Assembly: GCA_016287855.1 (NCBI GenBank)
Contig: JAEEXS010000001.1
Location: 1-37,256, forward strand
Direction: 5' to 3'
Origin: Clostridia bacterium
GTDB taxonomy: Bacteria > Bacillota > Clostridia > TANB77 > RGIG9151
DNA: 37,256 bases
The notes below the pieces were generated by a model. It had not been told where the DNA came from, searched no databases, and saw nothing but the letters and a program-made list of their open reading frames with translations. Positions 27,635-36,304 of this stretch are shown piece by piece. Each line of letters begins with the position of its first letter. Position 1 is the stretch's first letter. A program made the translations under genes and the position numbers.

Positions 27635-28039
27635 TTATTTTTTTACCGGCTTTTTAGGTATAGCTTTTTTAGGTTTTTCAACCTTCTCATCTTTCTCGCT
27701 ACTTACCTCTACTTTTTCTTCCTTTTTCTCTTCTTCGGTATTAACCTTTATCTTTTCAACATCAGTTGATTTTACATTTATAATAGGGATATTCGCAACA
27801 AGTTGAGGAACAATCCTATCACCTTCATCGCTCTTGACTTTAGTAAGCTGAATATCTAAAGCCTCCTCATCTATTTCCATGTACTTCTTTATAACCTTTA
27901 TTATCTCACCTTTAACCATCTCTAAAAACTGAGGTGAAACATTCGCTTTATCATGTATTAAAACTAATTTTAATCTTTCTTTAGCTAAATCTTTTGATTT
28001 CTCTTCTTTTCTAAAAAATTTAAAAATACTGTCAAACAC
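27635..28039 (-). CDS. minE: cell division topological specificity factor MinE with a K/E-rich C-terminal extension
   Basis: Core FDSIFKFFRKEEKSKDLAKERLKLVLIHD... A GTG start at 28037-28039 lies 8 nt after AAGGGAG, whereas the upstream track ATG has no SD. About 46 extra residues follow the MinE core (EEEKKEEKVEVSSEKDEKVEKPKKAIPKKPVKK). Confidence 0.85.
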   Translation of the reverse strand: MFDSIFKFFRKEEKSKDLAKERLKLVLIHDKANVSPQFLEMVKGEIIKVIKKYMEIDEEALDIQLTKVKSDEGDRIVPQLVANIPIINVKSTDVEKIKVNTEEEKKEEKVEVSSEKDEKVEKPKKAIPKKPVKK

Positions 28040-28106
28040 AAGATACACTCCCTTCAATTTAAGCATTGCAGGATTTACGGCATGACAACTTAGTCATCCC
28101 ATTCCA

Positions 28107-28910
28107 CTAATTTTCTTCTTTCTTTTTCGTTAGTAATGATTTTATCTTTTCAAAAATACTCTTTTTCTTACCGTCATCAAAAGGTACATCTTCACCCATA
28201 ATTCTTCTTACAATATTTCTATATGCGTGCCCTGCGTTAGACTTATTATCTGTAACAGCTGGCTCTCCTTTGTTAGTAGCAACAATTATGCTTTGATCAT
28301 CTGGTACAACACCAATTAAATCAATAGCTAATATTTCAAGCACATCTTCAGTACTCATCATATCGCCACGTTTTACCATATCGTCTCTTACTCTATTTAG
28401 TAAAAGTTTAGGTTCTCTAAGCTCGTTAGCTTCAAGTAACCCTATAATTCTATCTGCATCCCTTACAGCAGAAACTTCAGGTGTTGTTACAACTATAGCT
28501 CTATCTGCTCCAGAAATTGCATTTTTGAAACCTTGCTCAATACCAGCTGGGCAATCTACAATTATATAGTCAAAATCTTTTTTTAGCTCTTTACAAAGCT
28601 TTTTCATTTGTTCAGGCTTAACAGCATTCTTGTCCTTTGTTTGAGCAGCAGGCAATAAATATAGTCCTTCATAACGTTTATCTTTAATTAATGCCTGTTT
28701 TATTTTACAAGTTCCTTCTACAACATCAACTAAATCATAAACTATCCTGTTTTCTAGACCCATTACAACATCAAGGTTTCTAAGTCCAATATCTGTGTCA
28801 AGCAATGCTACTTTTTTACCTTTTAATGCTAAACCGGTACCAATATTAGCAGTAGATGTAGTTTTACCAACTCCACCTTTACCGGATGTAATAACAATTA
28901 CCTCTCCCAT
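28107..28910 (-). CDS. minD: septum site-determining ATPase MinD
   Basis: Deviant Walker A GKGGVGKTT, 267 aa, C-terminal amphipathic helix (SIFEKIKSLLTKK). Confidence 0.96.
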   Translation of the reverse strand: MGEVIVITSGKGGVGKTTSTANIGTGLALKGKKVALLDTDIGLRNLDVVMGLENRIVYDLVDVVEGTCKIKQALIKDKRYEGLYLLPAAQTKDKNAVKPEQMKKLCKELKKDFDYIIVDCPAGIEQGFKNAISGADRAIVVTTPEVSAVRDADRIIGLLEANELREPKLLLNRVRDDMVKRGDMMSTEDVLEILAIDLIGVVPDDQSIIVATNKGEPAVTDNKSNAGHAYRNIVRRIMGEDVPFDDGKKKSIFEKIKSLLTKKKEEN

Positions 28911-29005
28911 TTATTAACCTCCTAATTTTTTGTTGAAAACAAAAAGTAATAATTCCAATATGTATAACACAATAAATATATAATTTTATTTTCAAAATGT
29001 CAATT

Positions 29006-29034
29006 GCATATTTAATTGTTAATAAGAATAAAAT
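29006..29034 (+). promoter_or_regulatory. possible sigma-E type promoter for spoIID
   Basis: GCATATT (29006-29012), 14 bp, AATAAAAT (29027-29034). This loosely resembles my recollection of the mother-cell sigma-E consensus (ATATT ... CATACA-T). Weak. Confidence 0.25.
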
Positions 29035-29061
29035 GTAGACGAAATGAGAGGTGGCGATTAA

Positions 29062-29958
29062 ATGAAAAAATTTTTATTCATATTTTTAGGGATTTTCTTA
29101 ATATATGCATTATACAAGGAGATCCCGGGAAATATATCTAGTAATAATTCTAAAAAAATTTTTATGACGGTTTCAAAAACAAATGATATCGTTGAGCTCG
29201 ACTTAGAAGAATATTTAAAAGGAGTACTACTCGCAGAAATGCCTATGAGCTTTTCTTTAGAAGCATTAAAAGCCCAAGCTGTTGCCTCAAGGACATATAC
29301 AATAAAAAAACTTGAAAATGGAGATGCTATATGTGATAACTCTGCTCATTGCCAAGCGTGGGTAGATCCGACTGGCTCAGAATATTATGAAAAGATTTCG
29401 GAGGCAGTAGAAGAAACCTGCGGCGAAGAATTAACTTATTTAGGGGAGCCGATTGAAGCCTTTTTTCATTCGGCTAGTGGAGGAGCTACAGAAAATTCAG
29501 AAAACGTATGGGCAACCAAAAAGCCATATCTTGTATCCGTAGAAAGCCCAGGTGAAGAAGAAATAATGCAAAATTTCTATAGTACATTAGAAATTACATA
29601 TGAAGATCTTATAAAAAAAATAAATGCCTATAAAGGCACTCAACTAATAACAACTTCTAAATTAAAAGATAAAATAAAAATACTTTCAAGGACTAATGGG
29701 AAACATGTAAAGGAAATAAAAATACAAAATTCGACATTTTCTGGCACAGAAATAAGAAATATACTTGAATTACGTTCAACAAATTTTAATATTGAGCTCA
29801 CAAATAACTCAATTATATTTAATGTCTCTGGGTATGGCCATGGTGTCGGCATGAGCCAATATGGTGCCGAAGCCATGGCTAAAAGTGGAAGTACATACAA
29901 AGAAATACTATCTCACTACTACCCAGGAACATCACTTAAAAAATATAACTCTATTTAA
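29062..29958 (+). CDS. spoIID: stage II sporulation protein D (lytic transglycosylase)
   Basis: SpoIID/LytB domain motifs [42 protein letters not shown]-terminal TM anchor. Confidence 0.9.
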   Translation: MKKFLFIFLGIFLIYALYKEIPGNISSNNSKKIFMTVSKTNDIVELDLEEYLKGVLLAEMPMSFSLEALKAQAVASRTYTIKKLENGDAICDNSAHCQAWVDPTGSEYYEKISEAVEETCGEELTYLGEPIEAFFHSASGGATENSENVWATKKPYLVSVESPGEEEIMQNFYSTLEITYEDLIKKINAYKGTQLITTSKLKDKIKILSRTNGKHVKEIKIQNSTFSGTEIRNILELRSTNFNIELTNNSIIFNVSGYGHGVGMSQYGAEAMAKSGSTYKEILSHYYPGTSLKKYNSI

Positions 29959-31174
29959 TAATAATCTTTTTATAGTTTTTCTTACCACGTCTTACTATTA
30001 TTCCGTCGCCTTCTAGTTCCTTTTTAGTAAACGTCAATTTAGTATCTGTTATTTTATCATTGTTTACACTAACTCCGCCTTGCTCTATTGCACGTCTACC
30101 TTCGCCTCTTGATGGAACTAACTCACTTTTCTGAAGAATAGCTAAGATATCTATTACCCCATCAGTTAAATCTTCGTCTGTAAGTTCTACTGTTGGCATA
30201 CCTGCAGAATCCCCTGCACTAAATATAGATCTTGCACTCTCCATAGCACGATTTGCCTCTTCTTCCCCATGAACAAGCTTTGTAAGTTCAAATGCGAGAA
30301 TTTCTTTAGCTTTATTAAGTTCAGAGCCTTCCCAACTCTCCATTTTCTTAATTTCTTCAATAGGTAAAAATGTAAGCATTTTTAAGCATTTAATAACATC
30401 ATCATCTGCTACATTTCTCCAGTATTGGAAAAACTCAAATGGAGAAGTCTTATTTGGATCAAGCCAAACTGCTCCACTTTCAGTTTTACCCATCTTTTTT
30501 CCTTGAGAATTAAGTAATAAATTAATTGTCATAGCATAAGCATCTTTACCAAGTTTACGACGAATAAGTTCAGTCCCTCCAAGCATATTACTCCATTGGT
30601 CGTCTCCACCAAATTGCATATTGCAACCATATTTTTGGAATAAAACATAGAAATCATAGCTTTGCATTATCATGTAATTAAATTCAAGGAAAGTTAAACC
30701 TCTTTCCATCCTTTGTTTGTAACATTCAGCTGTAAGCATTCTATTTACAGAAAAATGAGGCCCTATCTCCCTAAGCATTTCAACATAATTTAAGTCTAAA
30801 AGCCAATCTGCATTATTTACAATAAGAGCCTTCCCATCTGAAAAATCAATGAATTTGCTCATTTGTTTCTTAAAGCATTCACAATTGTGAGCAATATCTT
30901 CCTTTGTAAGCATTTTACGCATATCTGTTTTCCCAGAAGGATCGCCTATCATACCAGTTCCTCCGCCAACTAAGGCTATAGGTTTATTACCAGCCATTTG
31001 AAGTCTCTTCATAAGGCACAAAGCCATGAAATGACCAACATGTAGACTATCTGCTGTAGGGTCAAAACCAATATAAAAAGTTGCCTTACCATTATTAATT
31101 AATTCTTTAATTTCTTCCTCATCAGTAAGTTGAGCAAGCAATCCTCTTTCTTTTAATTCATCAAAAATTGTCAT
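29951..31174 (-). CDS. tyrS: tyrosine--tRNA ligase
   Basis: HVGH (HIGH) and KMGKT (KMSKS-type) motifs, C-terminal S4-like domain, 407 aa. SD is AAAGGAGGAA. Confidence 0.96.
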   Translation of the reverse strand: MTIFDELKERGLLAQLTDEEEIKELINNGKATFYIGFDPTADSLHVGHFMALCLMKRLQMAGNKPIALVGGGTGMIGDPSGKTDMRKMLTKEDIAHNCECFKKQMSKFIDFSDGKALIVNNADWLLDLNYVEMLREIGPHFSVNRMLTAECYKQRMERGLTFLEFNYMIMQSYDFYVLFQKYGCNMQFGGDDQWSNMLGGTELIRRKLGKDAYAMTINLLLNSQGKKMGKTESGAVWLDPNKTSPFEFFQYWRNVADDDVIKCLKMLTFLPIEEIKKMESWEGSELNKAKEILAFELTKLVHGEEEANRAMESARSIFSAGDSAGMPTVELTDEDLTDGVIDILAILQKSELVPSRGEGRRAIEQGGVSVNNDKITDTKLTFTKKELEGDGIIVRRGKKNYKKIIIK

Positions 31175-31195
31175 AAAAATTCCTCCTTTTACTTC

Positions 31196-31471
31196 TTTTC
31201 AAAAAAATAACTCTCGTCCTAGAAAGGACGAGAGAAAATCTCGTGATACCACCTTAATTCGTAAATAACTCGCATTATCTACCTCATAAAGTACAGCCAA
31301 AAGCGATACTTTTGCGTTATAACGTACGCCCACGTTCAAGCCTACTAAAATTTCAGCCGAAAGCTCAAAGATGTATTCATAATTAACTTTTCTTGCACCT
31401 CTCACCAACCGGTAACTCTCTTTTAGCATTATTAATTACTACTTCTTCTTATCAACGCCTCTTATTTAATT
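31196..31471 (-). promoter_or_regulatory. T-box leader (Tyr specifier) with promoter and terminator
   Basis: Minus strand:
- TTGACA (31501-31506), 17 bp, TAAACT (31478-31483)
- specifier-like GAAUACA (UAC = Tyr)
- T-box AAUUAAGGUGGUAUCACG
- terminator CUCUCGUCCUUUCUAGGACGAGAG plus a U-run (31201-31234). Confidence 0.88.
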
Positions 31472-31617
31472 ATTATTAGTTTACCCCCTCTTTCAAATTT
31501 TGTCAATAGGTAAAAAAATTTCTTATTTGTGCATATCTTTCGACAAAATCCGCATTTTGGATGTGATATATTCGCCCCATGGTAGCTACCAAATATTCAC
31601 AGAAAGGAGGTAAAAAT

Positions 31618-31689
31618 ATGAATAAACTTGTTAAAATTATATTCTTGATTATACTTTTTTACATACTTCTTATTGAGGTATGTTATTAA
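31618..31689 (+). CDS. candidate 23-aa hydrophobic micro-protein
   Basis: Found by eye, not in the track. AAAGGAGG lies 7 nt before the ATG. Translation is MNKLVKIIFLIILFYILLIEVCY-stop, and its own terminator follows 14 nt later. Confidence 0.4.
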   Translation: MNKLVKIIFLIILFYILLIEVCY

Positions 31690-31702
31690 AGTTAGTCAAG
31701 AG

Positions 31703-31736
31703 AAAAAGCGAGGGTACGACCTCGCTTTTTCTTTTT
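31703..31736. terminator. intrinsic terminator after the micro-ORF
   Basis: AAAAAGCGAGG-gtacga-CCTCGCTTTTTCTTTTT, A/T-flanked on both sides. Confidence 0.75.
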
Positions 31737-31823
31737 AAATGAATAAACTTGTTTTTGAGCTTTCGCTCTATGTAGTGATTATACACCACATTGTATACTC
31801 CTGTCAATCTTTTATCCCCCATT

Positions 31824-31852
31824 GTATAAATAAAAGAAATTAGGCAATAATT
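31824..31852 (+). promoter_or_regulatory. possible forespore (sigma-F/G type) promoter for the M23 peptidase gene
   Basis: GTATA (31824-31828), 14 nt, GGCAATAATT (31843-31852). My recollection of the sigma-F consensus is GywTA-N15-GgnrAnAnTw. The -10 part fits at every specified position, but the spacer is one nt short. Confidence 0.35.
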
Positions 31853-31871
31853 ATATTTGGGAGGAATTATT

Positions 31872-32495
31872 ATGAAAAAATTATTCTTTATAACAGCTTT
31901 AAGCATACTTATCTTTATATTTGTTGCATTTTTTTCAATACAACTTACTAACCAAAAATCTGCACCATATGAAGAAAATATAAAGGAAAATATAACAAAA
32001 GTAACCACGACGGAACCAGATATTAAAATTTTAACGCAAACATTTGATGTTACCGAGGCAGCTGAAATGGAAAACGACGCGCCACTTGTATTTTCATATC
32101 CCGTATCTGGAGAAATAGGACTTTCCCATTCTCCAGACACACTTATTTATTCTAAAACACTAAAAGAATGGACAACCCACAACGGCATAGATATTCAAGC
32201 AAAACGTGGCACTCCAGTTTTTGCAGCCGAAGCTGGCACAATAAATTCAATTACCGAAACTCCAGGTATGGGAATAGAAATTGTTATTTCGCATAAAGAT
32301 GGCTATAAAACTATATATTCCAATCTTTCAACTAAAGAAATGGTAAAAGTCGGGCAAAGAGTAGAAAAAGGGCAAGTAATAAGTGGTATAGGTAATACCT
32401 CCTCTTTTGAATACTATGAACCGGAGCATTTGCATTTTGAAATATATAAAGATAACAAACCATTAGATCCTCAAAAAATATTAGTTGGGGATTAA
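31872..32495 (+). CDS. M23 (LytM) family metallopeptidase, SpoIIQ-like membrane-anchored form
   Basis: N-terminal TM (LFFITALSILIFIFVAFFSI), then a LytM domain with intact metal ligands HNGIDI and HLHFEI. The ATG at 31872 lies 6 nt after GGGAGGA. About 207 aa, similar to clostridial SpoIIQ. Confidence 0.8.
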   Translation: MKKLFFITALSILIFIFVAFFSIQLTNQKSAPYEENIKENITKVTTTEPDIKILTQTFDVTEAAEMENDAPLVFSYPVSGEIGLSHSPDTLIYSKTLKEWTTHNGIDIQAKRGTPVFAAEAGTINSITETPGMGIEIVISHKDGYKTIYSNLSTKEMVKVGQRVEKGQVISGIGNTSSFEYYEPEHLHFEIYKDNKPLDPQKILVGD

Positions 32496-32544
32496 AAATT
32501 TACATTTTTTTCTTAGAATAATAAAAATATTTTTACACACAATA

Positions 32545-32985
32545 ACACCATAAGGGTTTGCAATGGTTGAGCCAAGAGGGGTTTTTTCTACCCTTCGGTC
32601 AAAGGTCATTAGATACAATTCTTCTCTGGCCGGCGAGCAGAGCTTATATGATGGCGGCAGGTGTAGTTTTAATATATGGTTTACCTCTTATTTTACAATT
32701 TGTTTTTAATAAAGGTCCCTATATCGTAAGCTATCATATATGTTCGAGCTAAGACTGATATTTGTGCCGCAGGTATAATTGCTAAAGAGGGAGCACTCTC
32801 CCTCTTCAGCAAGCTCTTAAAATTTGTTAAGAGTTAACTAACGAGTCATTGATTCGTAAAGGTGCATATATCAGTCGAACAAAGGTCTTCCCGTGTGGTG
32901 TATCGTGAAGTTTTTAACTTTGCGTGTAATTGCTAGGCAGGGCTGTAGTGTAGATTATTGCAGGCCCTTAATTGTTTATTTAAAA
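32545..32985 (+). ncRNA. unclassified large structured RNA candidate (independent RNA or structured 3' UTR)
   Basis: ORF-free, G+C-enriched 484-bp spacer between convergent genes. It contains at least eight hand-paired helices, including a four-way junction. The five long-range/junction/terminal helices that carry G-U pairs pair only on the plus strand. It ends in a hairpin (32939-32968) plus a U-rich tail. See finding. Confidence 0.5.
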
Positions 32986-34005
32986 ACTTTCTAATACACC
33001 TCTTGCAATAGCACGTCCAGCTTTTTCTAAAAAAGTATCATTTTTTAATTTTTGCAAATCACTCCAGTTAGTCATATACGCTACCTCTACTATAACTGCT
33101 GGCATATTTGTTTTATTTAATACATATAAATTATTTCTATTTATTACACCCTTGTTATATGTCCCCGCTTCTGTACTTACAACTTGTTGTAACTTTTGTG
33201 CCAAACTATATGCAGTAATTCCATTTTTTACTATACTACTTGTAGGATATAAAACTTCTGTACCTTTTATAGAAGTTTTGTTAGGCATTGCATTATTATG
33301 CACGCTAACAAACAAATCTGCATTCAAATAATTCGCTAAAGTAGTTCTTGAAGCTAAAGTAGTCGTAACGTCTTCAGTCCTTGTCATATAAACTCTAACT
33401 CCATTCTTTTCTAACTCATCTTTTACATACTTTGCAATTTTTAAATTAATATTTTTTTCATAAATTCCACCATAAGTTGCACCAACTTCTGTTCCCCCAT
33501 GTCCTGCATCAACTACAACTATCTTATTTACTGCTTTAGGATATTTACTCCTTCTATCATAACTTCTACTAACATTTTGTGCTCTTTCCATGATTGCATC
33601 ATCTTCAATTACAATATTAACAATCTCCGTATCTTGATACCACTCTATCTTAGCATCTATATAATCTTCCAAAAATTTAATTGGTACCATAGTTGTAGAA
33701 TTTTTTAATACCGGAAACGTATCAATTTCTTCCTCTACTTCATTAACAATAACCTTATTCGAGTTCAGTGTTAAAACTATATTATCTTCTCCATTATCTA
33801 CAGTAACAATACCATTCGGATCCCATCCCACATTGCAATCAAATATCTCTGCTATAATTCTAAGCGGAAGTAAAGTCCTATTATTTACAATTATAGGTTC
33901 TTCCGGCATATTAATTTTACTAAAATTAACCCTAACATCAACTGCACTGGCTGTTGAAAACAATAAAAAAATAACAAACAAAAAACTTATATAGATTTTT
34001 TTCAT
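32980..34005 (-). CDS. N-acetylmuramoyl-L-alanine amidase (Amidase_3) with copper-amine-oxidase-like N-terminal domain
   Basis: Signal peptide. N-terminal domain NNRTLLPLRIIAEIFDCNVGWD. Catalytic domain VVDAGHGG...FVSVHNNA...VEVAYMTN. Confidence 0.88.
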   Translation of the reverse strand: MKKIYISFLFVIFLLFSTASAVDVRVNFSKINMPEEPIIVNNRTLLPLRIIAEIFDCNVGWDPNGIVTVDNGEDNIVLTLNSNKVIVNEVEEEIDTFPVLKNSTTMVPIKFLEDYIDAKIEWYQDTEIVNIVIEDDAIMERAQNVSRSYDRRSKYPKAVNKIVVVDAGHGGTEVGATYGGIYEKNINLKIAKYVKDELEKNGVRVYMTRTEDVTTTLASRTTLANYLNADLFVSVHNNAMPNKTSIKGTEVLYPTSSIVKNGITAYSLAQKLQQVVSTEAGTYNKGVINRNNLYVLNKTNMPAVIVEVAYMTNWSDLQKLKNDTFLEKAGRAIARGVLESF

Positions 34006-34116
34006 ATGTACTACACCTCTATATAAGTTTTCAATTTGATATCTATTTAGCCTTTATGTAAATCTCGGTAATATAGGAATATTAAGCCATTTTCATATAA
34101 TTTATGCTTCACCCTA

Positions 34117-34154
34117 TAAAAAATAAAAGGTAAAGACCTAGATCTCTACCTTTT
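34117..34154 (-). terminator. intrinsic terminator after the 97-aa membrane protein gene
   Basis: Minus strand AAAAGGUAGAGAUCUAGGUCUUUACCUUUU followed by AUUUUUU. Confidence 0.65.
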
Positions 34155-34210
34155 GACTTTACAGCTCCCACTCATTGATAGGGTTCACCTGATTTTGCTG
34201 TAAATAAATA

Positions 34211-34504
34211 TTATACCCCGCCAGCTTTCCCAACAAGAATAAGACCTGAAATAAGAAGTATAATGAATCTTATAACAACAAACACTACTATTCCAATTAT
34301 TAAATATAACGCATCTTTTAATTCTTTTTTTCGTTGATTTTCCAATTTAACCTTTTTTTCTTCATTCTTAGTAATCTTAATCATTAAGGTTAAAATCAAA
34401 ACCCATATTAAAATAAGCACCTCTATTAGTCCCAGAATTATCGGCACATAGACCAACACCCCAGCTAATATAATTAAAAGTGGGTTATTAAGCGGATTAC
34501 TCAT
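34211..34504 (-). CDS. hypothetical small membrane protein (hydrophobic ends, K/E-rich central loop)
   Basis: 97 aa. Hydrophobic N- and C-terminal segments flank KITKNEEKKVKLENQRKKELKD. SD is GAGGAGG. No family recognised. Confidence 0.55.
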   Translation of the reverse strand: MSNPLNNPLLIILAGVLVYVPIILGLIEVLILIWVLILTLMIKITKNEEKKVKLENQRKKELKDALYLIIGIVVFVVIRFIILLISGLILVGKAGGV

Positions 34505-34601
34505 AAATATTCCTCCTCTATTGTTTATTCTACGAGATTATTTTTACAAAATATTTGCCAAAAGTCAATATGCATTTTTTTATAAGTACAATAATAAGCC
34601 A

Positions 34602-34643
34602 ACAAAAAAGTGGTTACCTTAACTTAATTAGTAACCACTTTTT
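34602..34643 (-). terminator. intrinsic terminator ending the spoIIIA operon
   Basis: Minus strand AAAAGUGGUUAC-loop-GUAACCACUUUU followed by UUG. Confidence 0.8.
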
Positions 34644-34654
34644 ATTATTTTTTG

Positions 34655-35197
34655 CTAGTTCTTTGTCACAATATGTATATTCTCCGCACTTGCACCTGAT
34701 TCTCTCATAACAATATTTTGAATTTGAGCAACCTCTGCAATTCCAAGCTCCTCCATCGATTTCACCACAACATTAACACTATCGTCGTTTATAATAGCAA
34801 CCGTATCATCAAAACCCTTTGCCTTAAGTAAAGTTTCTATACTCATTTCTTTATTCAAATTATTAGAAATATGATTTATTTGCTCTTGAGCAATTTTCTT
34901 CATATTATCATCAGATTTCTCGTTATATAAAATATTTTCTTGAATTTCAATCTGTTCCCCATAAGTCCTATCTCTCTCAAGCTTTGCAGAAACAAAATAC
35001 GCGTCTCCAATATTACTAGGACTAGTCACCTCCAAGTTTCCAACCACTTCGGAAACAGACGACGCCTCCCCAGTATTCGGAACAATATCTCCACTTACCT
35101 CTATCCCAGGTTGATTTCCATAATTAATTATCCCAGCTGTAACTAATGCTACCCCTAGGACTCCAGCCAAAATATGTTTTTTTCTTACCAAAAGCAT
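34655..35197 (-). CDS. spoIIIAH: stage III sporulation protein AH
   Basis: Last gene after spoIIIAG. N-terminal TM, then a YscJ/FliF-like soluble domain ending VNVVVKS...IQNIVMRESG...IHIV. The ATG at 35197 lies 8 nt after GAGG. Confidence 0.8.
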   Translation of the reverse strand: MLLVRKKHILAGVLGVALVTAGIINYGNQPGIEVSGDIVPNTGEASSVSEVVGNLEVTSPSNIGDAYFVSAKLERDRTYGEQIEIQENILYNEKSDDNMKKIAQEQINHISNNLNKEMSIETLLKAKGFDDTVAIINDDSVNVVVKSMEELGIAEVAQIQNIVMRESGASAENIHIVTKN

Positions 35198-35217
35198 CAC
35201 CTTCACCTCATTTAAAT

Positions 35218-35793
35218 CTATTTATTCTTTTTAGGAAAAACCTGCACTTTATCTGCTGAAATTCCAGTTATAACCGTAACTGCTTTAATCATATTAGCTC
35301 TAACCGTCTCATCACCTCCGCCATCGCAAGTAACAATAACCCCTTCCACAACAGGCATAATAGTTTTAGAAATATATGGTATCTTATTTCCACTTTTTTC
35401 TTGATTAAAAATAATACTAGTTTCAACACTACTTTGCTCCGTTTTTCTAACTCTTCCTGTATCATTTTCCTCCGTAACAGTATTACTATCCTTCGTATCT
35501 GAAAGTGGAACCGTTTCTATACCGGTATGGTACGAAACCATAACCTTAACATTTCCTGCTCCCTTTATCTCCGAAAGAATTTTAGCAAGCTTATTTTCAA
35601 ATAATTCTGCATCAAAAATATTATTAGTACTACTCTCTACTACCTTTTTATCTTCATTGTTTCCAAAAATATAACTTCCAGTAATAATTACTATGACAAC
35701 TCCCACCAAAAATATAACCAAATTCTCAATATTTTTTCTCCTACAGTTTGGACTAAAAAACTTGTCCTTCAAATTAATAAAAACTGTTCTCAT
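35218..35793 (-). CDS. spoIIIAG: stage III sporulation protein AG
   Basis: N-terminal TM plus the conserved C-terminal ring-forming domain (PVVEGVIVTCDGGGDETVRANMIKAVTVITGISADKVQVF). ATGA overlap with spoIIIAF. Confidence 0.85.
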   Translation of the reverse strand: MRTVFINLKDKFFSPNCRRKNIENLVIFLVGVVIVIITGSYIFGNNEDKKVVESSTNNIFDAELFENKLAKILSEIKGAGNVKVMVSYHTGIETVPLSDTKDSNTVTEENDTGRVRKTEQSSVETSIIFNQEKSGNKIPYISKTIMPVVEGVIVTCDGGGDETVRANMIKAVTVITGISADKVQVFPKKNK

Positions 35794-35795
35794 CT

Positions 35796-36290
35796 TTACC
35801 CCACCTTTACCTTTTCATTATCCACTTCACAAATATCTGCCACTCGCTTCTTTAAGAGTGCCATATCTTGTACTTTTCCATGAGTTTTTACCGCCACTTC
35901 TTTAACTTCAATGATTTTCCCGTTCTCATCATGTGAAAATAATATTTTACATTCCTCAATTTGCATATCTTTATACATTCCATTAAATTTATCCACCACA
36001 TTTTTTGAAAAAACCTCTTCTAAAATCTCATTTTGCCTGTCTACCGCTGCTCTTAAAGTATCTATGTAATAAAAACTTTCTTCCGGTATGTCTATATCAA
36101 AAATCTCATCAAGCGAAAAGTCACTTGCAAAAAGCTTAATAATTGGAGTTGAAATAATTATACTTAATATCACCCCAGTAATTAAAAATACAAATTTCTT
36201 TATTTCCCCCTCTGGCACAATAACCTCAATTAAGCCAATTAAAACAACTCCTGCCAATATACAACTTATCCAATTATTTATTAAATCCAT
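35796..36290 (-). CDS. spoIIIAF: stage III sporulation protein AF
   Basis: Two N-terminal TMs (WISCILAGVVLIGLIEVIVPEG...) and a C-terminal soluble domain. The ATG at 36290 lies 6 nt after GGAGG. Position between AE and AG. Confidence 0.82.
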   Translation of the reverse strand: MDLINNWISCILAGVVLIGLIEVIVPEGEIKKFVFLITGVILSIIISTPIIKLFASDFSLDEIFDIDIPEESFYYIDTLRAAVDRQNEILEEVFSKNVVDKFNGMYKDMQIEECKILFSHDENGKIIEVKEVAVKTHGKVQDMALLKKRVADICEVDNEKVKVG

Positions 36291-36304
36291 AGTCAACCTC
36301 CGTA

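Noticed and set aside
29006-29034. Treating the sigma-E-like and sigma-F-like promoter matches as firm calls
   Set aside because: The consensus is recalled from memory, the matches are partial or off by one in spacing, and the background is AT-rich. They are kept only as low-confidence features.
31199-31429. 76-aa minus-strand ORF upstream of tyrS
   Set aside because: It coincides with the Tyr T-box leader (specifier, T-box sequence, terminator), so the region is a regulatory RNA and not a CDS.
32558-32752. 64-aa ORF inside the structured element
   Set aside because: Non-ATG start, no SD, odd composition. It overlaps several strong helices, so it is more likely a by-product of elevated GC.
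32540-32985. Whether the structured element is RNase P RNA, tmRNA, SRP RNA or OLE RNA
   Set aside because: - RNase P: no GGAAAGUCC / ACAGAA..CGGCUUA P4 strands on either strand. The nearest, AAAGGUCCC, has an extra base and no complementary partner.
- tmRNA: no tRNA-like ...UCCACCA 3' end and no alanine-ending tag ORF.
- SRP: no GGAAG..AGCAGC domain IV.
- OLE: too short, and the wrong context (OLE sits in the ispA-dxs region on the operon strand).
All of this is judged from memory of the consensus motifs, so a covariance-model search is still needed.
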